Shown: piece by piece, positions 19,876-29,509 of the stretch
Layout of the letters: each line of letters starts with the position of its first letter
Position numbering within the stretch: the stretch's first letter is position 1
Origin: Patescibacteria group bacterium
Lineage (GTDB): Bacteria; Patescibacteriota; Patescibacteriia; PEXW01
Length of the DNA: 64,000 nt
Direction: 5' to 3'
NCBI GenBank assembly: GCA_041671325.1
Contig: JBAZBR010000001.1
Coordinates: 153,771 to 217,770, forward strand
Program-made: the position numbers and the translations under genes
The notes under the pieces: model-generated
Told to the model about the DNA's origin: nothing
What the model saw: only the letters and a program-made list of their open reading frames with translations
Database searches by the model: none

Positions 19876-19915
19876 CCTTTTGAAAGCCATCTCTCTGCCC
19901 CCCGCAGGAGATGGC
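19876..19915 (+). terminator. rho-independent terminator after heliorhodopsin (agccatctc ... gagatggct plus a T-run)
   Basis: A perfect 9-bp stem followed by TTTTTTT was read directly. Confidence 0.6.
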
Positions 19916-19961
19916 TATTTTTTTAAATGACTAGAGCCTAAACCAAAAATATTTTATCTAT

Positions 19962-20330
19962 ATGAAAAAGATTTTAATGATTGAGGATAATCAGGCTTTG
20001 CTGGAATTAATGAAATCAAAATATCAAGCTCTGGATTTGGAATTTCTAAGTTTAACTTACCCGCCAAAAAATTTAATTGAAGTCATTACGAATTTTCTAC
20101 CAGACATTATTTCTATGGACGTAACTATGCCGAATATGGATGGTTTTACCGCAACAAAAATTATAAAAACTAACTCAGAAACCAAAAACATCCCCATATT
20201 CTTTTATACGAACATGGGCAGAAAGCAAGACGTGGCCTTAGGCAGAGCATTAGGCGCAATCGGATACTTTATCAAGACTGAAAACTCTCCCGATGAAGTT
20301 GTTAATTGGGTAAAAAGCTTTTTGGGTTAA
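19962..20330 (+). CDS. stand-alone response-regulator receiver (CheY-like REC) domain protein
   Basis: It has an acidic pocket IEDN, a phospho-acceptor context DIISMDVTMPNMDG and a conserved Thr/Lys region FFYTNMGRK. Confidence 0.6.
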   Translation: MKKILMIEDNQALLELMKSKYQALDLEFLSLTYPPKNLIEVITNFLPDIISMDVTMPNMDGFTATKIIKTNSETKNIPIFFYTNMGRKQDVALGRALGAIGYFIKTENSPDEVVNWVKSFLG

Positions 20331-20974
20331 ATTGGTTTAAGGATGTCAACCGTGTCAATTGTTGGCGCGTTGACTGTCTTGGAAATCGGGTAGACTTGAA
20401 GCAAATCATCCGGAAAAACAGCCAAGCATTTCTTTAAGCTTTCAATTGGGCTTGTCAAATCCAACCATGTTTTTTCAGTTTCGGGATTTAAAATTACTGG
20501 CATGCGGTCATGTATTTTACTAATCAGCGAATTGGGTTCAGTCGTGATGATGGTGAAAGAGGGGAGGGTTTCATCCTTAAAAACATATGGCTCCCAAAGA
20601 CCGGCAAAAGCAAAGGGTTGGTTTGACTTTAAGGCAATCCGAAATGGCTGGCTGCCAGTCTTTAACCTTTGCCATTCAAAGAAGCCATCGCAAATCACCA
20701 AGCACCTTTGTTTTTGGAAGGCGTGTTTGAAAGTCGGCTTTTCTGCCACTGATTCAGCCCGGGCATTGATCAGACCTTCGGGTCTGTCCTTCAGCCATTT
20801 CAGTCTTAAACCCCAAATCCCAGGTTGGATAGCTTGAGGTTTTTCGTTGGTGATAACTGGCAAAATCTGTGAAGGCGCGGCATTATAGTGCTTAAAAATC
20901 TTGCCTTGGACTTTTGCGCCAAAGCGTTTTTCCAGGATTTCATCCGGTGAGAATATTGAATAACGGCCACACAT
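20327..20974 (-). CDS. SOS-response-associated peptidase (SRAP/YedK, abasic-site processing)
   Basis: It has the N-terminal MCGR with the catalytic Cys2, and typical family length. Confidence 0.8.
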   Translation of the reverse strand: MCGRYSIFSPDEILEKRFGAKVQGKIFKHYNAAPSQILPVITNEKPQAIQPGIWGLRLKWLKDRPEGLINARAESVAEKPTFKHAFQKQRCLVICDGFFEWQRLKTGSQPFRIALKSNQPFAFAGLWEPYVFKDETLPSFTIITTEPNSLISKIHDRMPVILNPETEKTWLDLTSPIESLKKCLAVFPDDLLQVYPISKTVNAPTIDTVDILKPI

Positions 20975-21037
20975 AGATAAAAACAGTATATCTTGAGGCA
21001 GGAAAGCCGTAAAACTGATATAATATACCCATAAAAT

Positions 21038-21562
21038 ATGCCAAATCCAGTACCCACGCCAAAATCAATAAATCCAGAAGAAGAACCCGAGGATATTTTT
21101 GAATTTGTCGAAAAAACTCCTGAAAAACCAGTGGAAGTGAAGATTGAGAAAGTCCGGGAAGCCTTAGAACAGCACGGCGAGAGGTTTGAACCTAAAGCCG
21201 CCCAGCAAACCGAAACCCGTGAATTGCCAGCCCAAGCGCCTGTTTCAAGCCAACCGACCATGCCTCTGCCCATCGCTGAGGAAGAAAAACGGGTTCAAGA
21301 GGTGGAGCAAATATTAGCTGATGGCTTGCAGGATTTGTACATGTCTTTGCCTCCGGTAGAACAACAAAAATTTAAAATTGAAGGCGAAAAAGCTGCCCGG
21401 GAAGTCGTTGGTCTTTTAGGCCAAGTTAAAGTAAAAATTGATTTGATAATAAGCGTCATCCGCAGGTGGTTATCTATTATTCCAGGCGTGAATAAGTTTT
21501 TTATCGAGCAGGAATCAAAAATTAAAGCCCAAAAACTCCTACTCTTAAAACAAAGAAAATAA
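21038..21562 (+). CDS. hypothetical protein (acidic and Pro-rich N-terminal region)
   Basis: It has an ORF and is adjacent to the following ATPase. There is no recognisable domain. Confidence 0.4.
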   Translation: MPNPVPTPKSINPEEEPEDIFEFVEKTPEKPVEVKIEKVREALEQHGERFEPKAAQQTETRELPAQAPVSSQPTMPLPIAEEEKRVQEVEQILADGLQDLYMSLPPVEQQKFKIEGEKAAREVVGLLGQVKVKIDLIISVIRRWLSIIPGVNKFFIEQESKIKAQKLLLLKQRK

Positions 21563-21565
21563 AAT

Positions 21566-24115
21566 ATGTTAGGAATTTGGCCAAGTCCAGCCTTTGCCCA
21601 AGACCTGGAAACCGAAACCGCAATCCAGACTCCGTCTAATTACATTTTATACGGCGTAATTGCTTTGACCATAATTTTCATCATCTTGTTTTTCATTTGG
21701 TTAAGGCAACGGCGGAAGAAAAATGCGCCCGAAGGCCTGCAAAGAATCTGCCTAATGATTACCTTGCCAAAAGAACAGCAGGAAGAGGAAGGCAGCAAAG
21801 GCCCTTCTCGGATCCAGCACATGCAAGAACAGATAAGCGTAGGGGAATCATTCCTTTCGTTTTTGGGCAATATGCGTTCCCAACGCTGGTTTAACACTTT
21901 GGGCCGAGGCCGGAGCGACCATTTTAGCTTGGAAATCGTCGCGGATAGGGGCGATATCCGTTTTTATGCCGTCATTCCGCAGATGATGCAGGAATTCATG
22001 GAGCAGCAAATTCACGCCCAATATCCCAGCGCAGAAGTGGTTGTCCAACCAGAATATAATCCTTTTCGGCCGAAATCTTTTATCGTCGGCGCCATGCTGG
22101 CCCAGAAAAAAAATAAAGTTTTGCCGATGCTCACCTTTCGCCGGATGGATGTTGATCCTTTATCTGGTTTGACAAATGCCTTGAGCAAATTGGAAAAAGA
22201 CGAATCAGCGGTTATCCAATTTGTTTGTCGGTCTTCACACCCGCGCTGGCATATCCGCGCAAATTTGGTCATCAGGCAATTACGGGACGGAAAAAGGTCA
22301 GTGCTGTACAATCGGTACTGGGTATTTATGGCAAAAAGCATTATTTCCGGAATTTTTTCAACCTTTTTTTCCAAAAAATCCAAGCAAGACGAGCTTAGCT
22401 TGCAAAAGCAGCTGACTCCGGGTGATGAAGAAATTCTCCAGAAAGTTCAGGAAAAAAATGCCAAAGCCGGTTTAGACGTAAACATTCGGGTTATTGTATC
22501 ATGCCCAAATTTAAGCGCGGCTGACTTGCGTTTAAAAAACATTTTGGATTCTTTTGGTCAATATAATGCTTTTAATACTGGCAATACCTTAATAAGAAGA
22601 AATCCATGGAAAAAGGATGAACTAATCCATGATTTTATTTACCGTTCATTTGATAGATGGCGATTTTCAATTTTGAATGTGGAAGAGCTGGCCAGCATGT
22701 GGCATCTGCCTATTCCCTCAACGGAAACCCCGAACATTCGCTGGATCCTTTATCGGACCGCGCCACCGCCGATAAATATTCCGCCGACTGGAGTAATTTT
22801 AGGCTCCAGCCATTTCCGGGGTGAAGAAAAAATAATCAAGATTGCCCGGGAAGACCGGCGGCGTCATGTCTACATTATTGGTAAATCTGGCGTGGGTAAA
22901 TCCGTGCTCATGACGCAAATGGCCCTGCAGGATATTGCCAATGGCGATGGGGTTTGCGTGGTAGATCCGCATGGGGATTTAATCATGGATATCCTAGCCA
23001 GACTGCCGATACACCGCCGGAATGACGTCATCCATTTTAATCCTTCGGATGTTGAAAATCCTGTGGGTTTGAATATGCTGGACGCCAAGACGCCTGAAAC
23101 TCAGGATTTTGCCGTGCAGGAAATGATTGCGATTTTCATGAAATTGTTCCCGCCGGAAGTCATTGGCCCGATGTTTGAGCATAATATGCGCAATGTCATG
23201 TTAACCCTGATGGCTGACCGCGAACACCCAGGCACGATCGTGGAAATCCCACGGATGTTTACCGACCCGGTTTTCCAAAAAGCCAAAGTTTCCAAAGTTA
23301 CGGATCCGATCGTCAGGTCTTTTTGGGAAAAAGAAATGGCCAAGACTTCGGATTTCCACAAAAGCGAAATGCTGGGTTATCTGATTTCCAAAGTCGGCAG
23401 GTTTGTGGAAAACAGCATGATGCGCAATGTCATTGGCCAGTCGGAAAGCGGTTTTGATTTTGAAAAGATCATGAATGAAGGCAAAATTCTCTTAGTCAAC
23501 CTTTCCAAAGGCACGACCGGCGAAGTCAATGCCAACTTGCTTGGCTTGATAATTGTTTCCAAATTGCAAATGGCTGCCTTGCGCCGGGCCAGTCTGCCCC
23601 AAGAGCAAAGGAAAGATTTTTTCCTGTATATTGACGAGTTCCAAAATTTCATCACGGATTCCATCGCCACCATTTTGTCCGAAGCTAGAAAATACCGCTT
23701 GAACCTGACGATTGCCCACCAGTACGTCGGCCAGTTGGTGGAAAAGCAAGATACCCGCATTCGTGATGCGGTCTTCGGCAATGTTGGCACTATTGTGGCT
23801 TTCCGGGTTGGAGTCGAAGACGCGGAAATTTTTTCCCAAGCCTTTGCCCCAATCTTCAACCAGTTTGACGTGACTAATATGGAAAAATACACAGCCATCG
23901 TCAAACTGCTTATTGATAATGCTTCTTCCAAGCCATTTACCATGAACACTTTGCCGCCCAGTCAGCCAATTCCAGGCCAGGCCGAACAAATAGTCGCCTT
24001 ATCCAGGCAACTTTATGGGCGACCTCGGGCGCAAATCGAAGCCGAAATTATGGAAAGGTCGCAATTAGGCGCCAGTGCCGCCCCACCGCCCATGGTGGCG
24101 GAAAAAAAGGCGTAA
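21566..24115 (+). CDS. membrane-anchored P-loop ATPase, VirD4/TraG/TrwB-like coupling-protein or HerA/FtsK-like
   Basis: It has N-terminal TM helices, a Walker A motif IGKSGVGKS, a Walker B motif FFLYIDEFQNF, and a size of about 850 aa. Confidence 0.55.
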   Translation: MLGIWPSPAFAQDLETETAIQTPSNYILYGVIALTIIFIILFFIWLRQRRKKNAPEGLQRICLMITLPKEQQEEEGSKGPSRIQHMQEQISVGESFLSFLGNMRSQRWFNTLGRGRSDHFSLEIVADRGDIRFYAVIPQMMQEFMEQQIHAQYPSAEVVVQPEYNPFRPKSFIVGAMLAQKKNKVLPMLTFRRMDVDPLSGLTNALSKLEKDESAVIQFVCRSSHPRWHIRANLVIRQLRDGKRSVLYNRYWVFMAKSIISGIFSTFFSKKSKQDELSLQKQLTPGDEEILQKVQEKNAKAGLDVNIRVIVSCPNLSAADLRLKNILDSFGQYNAFNTGNTLIRRNPWKKDELIHDFIYRSFDRWRFSILNVEELASMWHLPIPSTETPNIRWILYRTAPPPINIPPTGVILGSSHFRGEEKIIKIAREDRRRHVYIIGKSGVGKSVLMTQMALQDIANGDGVCVVDPHGDLIMDILARLPIHRRNDVIHFNPSDVENPVGLNMLDAKTPETQDFAVQEMIAIFMKLFPPEVIGPMFEHNMRNVMLTLMADREHPGTIVEIPRMFTDPVFQKAKVSKVTDPIVRSFWEKEMAKTSDFHKSEMLGYLISKVGRFVENSMMRNVIGQSESGFDFEKIMNEGKILLVNLSKGTTGEVNANLLGLIIVSKLQMAALRRASLPQEQRKDFFLYIDEFQNFITDSIATILSEARKYRLNLTIAHQYVGQLVEKQDTRIRDAVFGNVGTIVAFRVGVEDAEIFSQAFAPIFNQFDVTNMEKYTAIVKLLIDNASSKPFTMNTLPPSQPIPGQAEQIVALSRQLYGRPRAQIEAEIMERSQLGASAAPPPMVAEKKA

Positions 24116-24133
24116 ATTTTATTTTAATTTGCT

Positions 24134-24535
24134 ATGAAAACTATACCCGATTCACGGACTGAAGAAATTTCCAATAAGCAGATTGTGATATTAAAACAAT
24201 CTTGGCTGTTAATATTGATTATCGCGTTAGCAATGTTAATAGCCGGAGGAATGTATTATTGGTCGCAGGTACGTCCTGTTTATATCCGGCGTGAATGTCA
24301 GGTCATGGTAGACCATGTTCTTGCTGAAAAGCTAGCAAAAAATGGTTTTTATTATAATAATGAAAGTCGATGGGTAAGGACTGAAACAAAAGATTGTAGT
24401 TATCTAGATGAACTACTAGAAAATAAAGAATGTGGCAGACCGGTCATCAAGGAACTTGATCCAGAGGACTTAGTAGAAAATCAAGAAGTCGCCAACAAGT
24501 CTTATACCCCGTGTTTACGGAGGCATGGGCTGTAA
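24134..24535 (+). CDS. hypothetical membrane-anchored protein
   Basis: It is an ORF with one TM helix. Confidence 0.4.
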   Translation: MKTIPDSRTEEISNKQIVILKQSWLLILIIALAMLIAGGMYYWSQVRPVYIRRECQVMVDHVLAEKLAKNGFYYNNESRWVRTETKDCSYLDELLENKECGRPVIKELDPEDLVENQEVANKSYTPCLRRHGL

Positions 24536-24587
24536 TACCAGTTAAACAAAATTCGTTTTTGGCCTAAACAATAAATAACCAAACATT

Positions 24588-25031
24588 ATGATTGTCATTC
24601 ACGTTTTAATATCAATAATATTCTACTTTATCTTAATGTATCTAAGTATAAATCTGTTAGGGCTGCTCATAAGAGGTCTCTTTACTTATCCAGAAATTGA
24701 TAAAATAAAAGCCGAAACAAAGAATGATTTTATTAAAAAAGAAATTGGAAAATCTGAACGCGCTGATAAATGGATTAATCTCATCGCGTTTTTAGGTATT
24801 ATCGGTTATATTTATGCCACATTTCATTTTTGGAATATAGGGGTTTCTGCTATTGCAATAGTATTGATGTTGGTCAGGCTTCCTTATTTACTATGGGAAA
24901 TTAAAACAGGACAAGAACTTAACCGTGTTGCCTCAGTCTTTTCTATGCCCAAAAACGCTTTGCAATATATTGCTACTTTTTTAACCTTAGCTGCCCTACC
25001 AGCTTTATATTATTTTTTGTATCACTTTTAA
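24588..25031 (+). CDS. hypothetical multi-TM membrane protein
   Basis: It is an ORF with 4 predicted TM helices. Confidence 0.4.
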   Translation: MIVIHVLISIIFYFILMYLSINLLGLLIRGLFTYPEIDKIKAETKNDFIKKEIGKSERADKWINLIAFLGIIGYIYATFHFWNIGVSAIAIVLMLVRLPYLLWEIKTGQELNRVASVFSMPKNALQYIATFLTLAALPALYYFLYHF

Positions 25032-25147
25032 AAACGTCTTAAGTAAATAAGCACTTAAATTTTAAGAATCACAGGCAAAAAATTAATTTCATCTAACATG
25101 GGTTAGTTGGCTAGATGGCTAAATAAAACTACCTTAATAAATATGTC

Positions 25148-25384
25148 ATGAAAAAAGTTATTGATTTACTCACTGTAAATAAATATTACCGAATGAGCGA
25201 TGGTGATTTAGAAAGAGAGGCAGCAAAATGGAAAATTGGAGAATATTTTGATGGACGTTTAATCTCAAGAAGACTAGTAATTGAACAGTTAATTGAGCGC
25301 CAAAAAGCAAACAATTCAAGAATTGCGATTTTCATATCATTTATTGCTTTGCTAATAAGCCTTGTCGCATTACTCATACCTTGA
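25148..25384 (+). CDS. hypothetical small protein with a C-terminal TM anchor
   Basis: It is an ORF only. Confidence 0.3.
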   Translation: MKKVIDLLTVNKYYRMSDGDLEREAAKWKIGEYFDGRLISRRLVIEQLIERQKANNSRIAIFISFIALLISLVALLIP

Positions 25385-25528
25385 ATCTGGTAACAAAAAA
25401 ACTGCGCCCACTCACCCAAATTGCTTGTTCACTTACGCGGTCGGCTCCGCCGGAATGATACCGCGACGCTCTATCGCAACTTCGGCTAGCCCGAAACGTC
25501 AGGCGCCATTAGGCAGATATTTATATCT

Positions 25529-25825
25529 ATGAAAGTATTTACAAGGGAAGAGTGGATAAAATTACTAAAAAGAGATCTTTCGCCGTTACCTTCAAATGAT
25601 AGTCCAGTTCATCAATACGCGGTCCCGGAGAATCTAATTGTAACAGTGACTACAAAGAATAAGGTCAGGAGAAATTATACATTCGGTGGGCCAATCTGGT
25701 GCGGTATATTAGATTTTTCTAATGAGAGTGTATTAAAGCTGACATATTTAAGCCCATTGAAAAAACCTCATAATATCAAGTGGAATAAAATTAAAGAAAT
25801 TACACTACATTACATATCTACCTGA
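25529..25825 (+). CDS. hypothetical protein
   Basis: It is an ORF preceded by repeat-containing intergenic sequence. Confidence 0.35.
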   Translation: MKVFTREEWIKLLKRDLSPLPSNDSPVHQYAVPENLIVTVTTKNKVRRNYTFGGPIWCGILDFSNESVLKLTYLSPLKKPHNIKWNKIKEITLHYIST

Positions 25826-25863
25826 CATCACTTAACACAGGCTAGTCGGTTCGTGAGAAAAAA

Positions 25864-26145
25864 ATGAGACTAACCAATATTTTTCAAAGTAAAATAATAA
25901 TACTAGCTTTGTTTATTATTTTAATACTCATATTACATGGTTGTGCTTTATCTGAACCAAATGAAACCTCATCGTCTACTTCCGATTGTCATCCTAGCTA
26001 TTCGGAATGTCTAAAAGCAGATGCTAGTGATTATGATTGTGCCGGTGGTTCCGGGAATGGTCCATTCTATACAGGGAGAGTGAAAGTCACGGGTCCAGAT
26101 GAATTTGATCTAGATCGTGATAACGATGGTTGGGGGTGTGAATAA
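25864..26145 (+). CDS. lipoprotein with a C-terminal Excalibur calcium-binding domain
   Basis: It has the lipobox LHGCAL and a DRDNDGWGCE motif (DxDxDGxxCE). Confidence 0.6.
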   Translation: MRLTNIFQSKIIILALFIILILILHGCALSEPNETSSSTSDCHPSYSECLKADASDYDCAGGSGNGPFYTGRVKVTGPDEFDLDRDNDGWGCE

Positions 26146-26254
26146 TATAATTTTACCTCACCCATATCTCTCAGCTTCGCTCGGGTCATTGGCTAACCCG
26201 AAACGTTTTATTTTACGGCTTATTCAATTCGCGAGCTACACACTAATTTGATCT

Positions 26255-26752
26255 ATGAGTTACTACATTATTATCCGAGGACCACTCGGCTGCGGGAAAT
26301 CAACTATCTCAGAGCGATTAGCAATGGCGTTCAACGCAGAGCACATTTCTGTTGATCGCGTTCTAGATGATCACGGATTGACAGATGACAAAGAGGATGG
26401 ATATATCTCTCAAGCCAGCTTCAAACGTGCTAATGAAATCATTACCCCGAAAGCTAAAGAGTTTTTGGATAACGGTAAAACCATTGTCTTTGATGGAAAC
26501 TTCTACTGGAAGTCCCAACTGGATGATCTCATCCAAAGATTAGATTATCCTCATTACGTATTTACCCTTAAAGTTCCTCTGGAGCTCTGTATTGTACGCG
26601 ATCACAAAAGAGATAAAACACATGGAAAAGACGCAGCCGAGGCGGTTTATGCAAAATCAACGTCATTTGAGTACGGCATGCCGATTGATGCCACTGGAAC
26701 GATTGATGAAACAATCAACAAAATCTGTTCTTTTATTCCAGCATTAAATTAG
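26255..26752 (+). CDS. P-loop NTPase / small-molecule kinase-like (AAA_33-type)
   Basis: It has the N-terminal Walker A motif GPLGCGKST and is about 165 aa. Confidence 0.5.
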   Translation: MSYYIIIRGPLGCGKSTISERLAMAFNAEHISVDRVLDDHGLTDDKEDGYISQASFKRANEIITPKAKEFLDNGKTIVFDGNFYWKSQLDDLIQRLDYPHYVFTLKVPLELCIVRDHKRDKTHGKDAAEAVYAKSTSFEYGMPIDATGTIDETINKICSFIPALN

Positions 26753-26857
26753 TATGTAACTTGTTCACCTAAATTGCTTGTCCGCTTAGGCGGTTGGCAT
26801 GCCGGCCAATTATACCGCCCCGCCGCCTATGGTGGCAGAGAAGAAGGCTTAAAAATA

Positions 26858-27859
26858 CTAAGATTTTTTTGAAGCGGCTTCTTCGAACGCTTTATCAATA
26901 AGTTCGGCAATTTTATTAACAACCGCTTCTGGATCGGCTTTTTCATCGAAAAAAATGTTATGGTAGTTTTCGGCTTTAAAACCCATGCTGTTAAGCATGG
27001 ACCAAACTCGGTCTTGTTGGGCTTTAAAATGATTAGGTAAGATGACCAAGTGCGCAATTTTCCGGTTTTCGGCATCTAAAAACGCTGAAGCATCCAATGC
27101 TTCGCACATCCAACGGCCTTGCTTTGACCTTAACACAAAACTTTCAGAACCATTATTAAACCTGATGGTCTTATCCTTAACCTCTTCGCCAGATACTATT
27201 TCTTTTAAACCCTCGCCCTCCAATAAGCCGGGGTTATTTTGGTATAAAGCCCTTATTAATTCAGGAGCTTTTTCAGTCTTACTGCTTTCAGACACTAATA
27301 AATAATTTTCATTTTCTTGGTCTTCATTTTTTATGACCCCTTGCTCCTGTAAAAATTGCTTTATGCTGGCCTTAAAATTTTCCTTGACTTCATCTGAAAG
27401 CGCAATTTGTTTAGTCTCACCCTGACCTCCGGCTTTTTCAAAATTTTTTGCTAAGGGGTCAACCGGTACACCGCTTGGGCCTGTGGTATCTGGCAGATCA
27501 GTATTATATTCATCATAAAGTGAGATCATCCGAGCTTTTTTAAATTTTTCCCTTAGGTATCTGCCAATAGCTACGCCTATCTTGTCGATATTCGGCAGGT
27601 TTTCTTTTAAAATATCCCCAGTGGCTAAATTATGGTCAGAAAGGTAAGGACTATAAGATTCCCATTCTAATTGCGTACCCTGTAAATAAGCTTTAATAAT
27701 CTGATCTATTTGGCATTTTTCAAAATCCACAATTTCCCGGGAAACTTCCTGGTTTTCTGGTTGAGAGATAACTTCAGTTCTTTTCAAGGCTTGTTCTTGA
27801 TTAAATTGTGCTGCCGCTGCTTTTTCTTCAGTTGACCGAAAACCGATGGCTTCAGACAT
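26858..27859 (-). CDS. hypothetical protein
   Basis: It is a 333-aa ORF with no recognised domain. Confidence 0.45.
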   Translation of the reverse strand: MSEAIGFRSTEEKAAAAQFNQEQALKRTEVISQPENQEVSREIVDFEKCQIDQIIKAYLQGTQLEWESYSPYLSDHNLATGDILKENLPNIDKIGVAIGRYLREKFKKARMISLYDEYNTDLPDTTGPSGVPVDPLAKNFEKAGGQGETKQIALSDEVKENFKASIKQFLQEQGVIKNEDQENENYLLVSESSKTEKAPELIRALYQNNPGLLEGEGLKEIVSGEEVKDKTIRFNNGSESFVLRSKQGRWMCEALDASAFLDAENRKIAHLVILPNHFKAQQDRVWSMLNSMGFKAENYHNIFFDEKADPEAVVNKIAELIDKAFEEAASKKS

Positions 27860-27987
27860 ATATACTTAATTAATTTTGTACGTTTTCATTTTAATCTAAT
27901 TTGGTCTTAAGTCAAATATTTGACTTCTGCTTTGAATTGGTTTAAGTTTGAATGAAAATAAAGAACCTTTAAAAAGAAGGGTTAAAA

Positions 27988-28614
27988 ATGAGGCGCCAGA
28001 GAATTGGCTATACTCGGAAAGTTTTTACCAAGCAATTTATTGAAAAGTTAATTTTATCAAAATTCAACTCTGACGAAATCAGGTTGATTATGTTGGCTTG
28101 GCTATTTTCCGAAGTGGGGCATAAAGGGCAGACCCGAAAAGATGGTATCACTCCTTACGCTTATCATCCGCTCAGAGTTGTTTTGATCTTGATGTTGGAA
28201 TGCGGAGTTTTCCTGACAAGAACGTGTATTTTGGGCTTTATTCATGACTTGCGTGAAGATTCAGAAATCCTGACCGATGAACTAGTAAGACTGCTTTTCG
28301 GTGAAGCCGTGCTTGCAGATTGGCTGACGATTTCCAAATTTCCGGGTAAAAATTATTTTGCCGAGTTTGAAAAAGCCTCTTGGCTGGCAATCCTGGTCAA
28401 ACTGGCTGATCGGCTTGATAATTTACGCGATTTTAAAGCCCCAGAGTCTTTTCGGCGCGAATACATTGCTGAAACCGAAGCTAATTACTTTGCGCTGATT
28501 AGGATTTTTGAGAGAAAAGCTCCCAAAAGATATAAGCACTTAGCGAATTACTTCAGGCTTGAGCTTAATTACGCCCTAGCCAAAGTCCGCCGGTCTTTAA
28601 AAAAAGCAACTTGA
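27988..28614 (+). CDS. HD-domain (p)ppGpp hydrolase-like (small alarmone hydrolase, RelA/SpoT HD family)
   Basis: It has YAYHPLRV, GFIHDLREDS and VKLADRLDNLRD motifs. A bidirectional terminator lies at 28621-28648. Confidence 0.65.
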   Translation: MRRQRIGYTRKVFTKQFIEKLILSKFNSDEIRLIMLAWLFSEVGHKGQTRKDGITPYAYHPLRVVLILMLECGVFLTRTCILGFIHDLREDSEILTDELVRLLFGEAVLADWLTISKFPGKNYFAEFEKASWLAILVKLADRLDNLRDFKAPESFRREYIAETEANYFALIRIFERKAPKRYKHLANYFRLELNYALAKVRRSLKKAT

Positions 28615-28630
28615 TTAAAGCGCGTCAGCC

Positions 28631-29509
28631 TTATGGCGCGCTTTTTGTAATAATCAGGAATCTGGTTTTTTGACTTAAATCCTTTTGGAATTCAAATTTA
28701 TAATTATTATAATCCCGCATTTTGGTTTCCAGCCAAGGCTCTTGGGCGGGAGAGATTTCCAAAATCGCCTGGGGGATTTGCTTGTCAATAATTTCCTCAA
28801 TCAGTTGGTAAATTAAGTCTAAACCTTGCCGGCCGCCATCAAGGGCAAGTTTTGGCTCAAAGGGGACATTCTGGAGTTCTGTCTGAGTCAAATAGGGAAG
28901 ATTACTAATAACCAAATCCAAACGGGCAAATTTATTTATGGGCTGGAGGTATTTGCCTTTTAAGAATTTAACTTTGGCATTTTGGCCATGAAGTTTGGCA
29001 TTAGTCCTGGCAACCGCTAAGGCTTTTTCCGATGGGTCAAGCGCCAGGATTTCCGCTAAGGGAAAGTATTTTGCCAAGGTAATAGCCAAACAGCCTGAAC
29101 CAGTGCCGACATCCGCAATCGTCAGCCGGATATCGCGTTTATAATTCTGCAAAACCCAATCAACTATTTGTTCGGTTTCCGGGCGGGGGATTAAGACGTT
29201 TTCGTCAACCTTAAAATCCAAACCATAAAAACCCTTGCTGCCAGTCAAATAAGCCATTGGCCAGCCTTTAATCCTTTTTTTCAATAAGCTATAAAATATT
29301 TTGGATTGGCTGGCTGTAATTTTGTAATCCGGGTGGGCTACTAAATAACTGACCGGTTGTTTCAAGACAAGACTCAAAATATCCCGGGCTTCATTTAAAG
29401 TTACGGGAGTTAAATTAATTATTTTTTGGGCTTGGAGCAATATTTCTTCAATCGAAAGGGTTTTTGCCCGCATATTAGCTGTTTTCTCGGCGCATTTTTT
29501 GCAGGGCAA
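28631..29509 (-). CDS. prmC: release-factor glutamine N5-methyltransferase
   Basis: It has the SAM-binding motif [10 protein letters not shown] and an NLPY (NPPY-type) motif. It lies immediately downstream of prfA. Confidence 0.8.
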   Translation of the reverse strand: MPCKKCAEKTANMRAKTLSIEEILLQAQKIINLTPVTLNEARDILSLVLKQPVSYLVAHPDYKITASQSKIFYSLLKKRIKGWPMAYLTGSKGFYGLDFKVDENVLIPRPETEQIVDWVLQNYKRDIRLTIADVGTGSGCLAITLAKYFPLAEILALDPSEKALAVARTNAKLHGQNAKVKFLKGKYLQPINKFARLDLVISNLPYLTQTELQNVPFEPKLALDGGRQGLDLIYQLIEEIIDKQIPQAILEISPAQEPWLETKMRDYNNYKFEFQKDLSQKTRFLIITKSAP

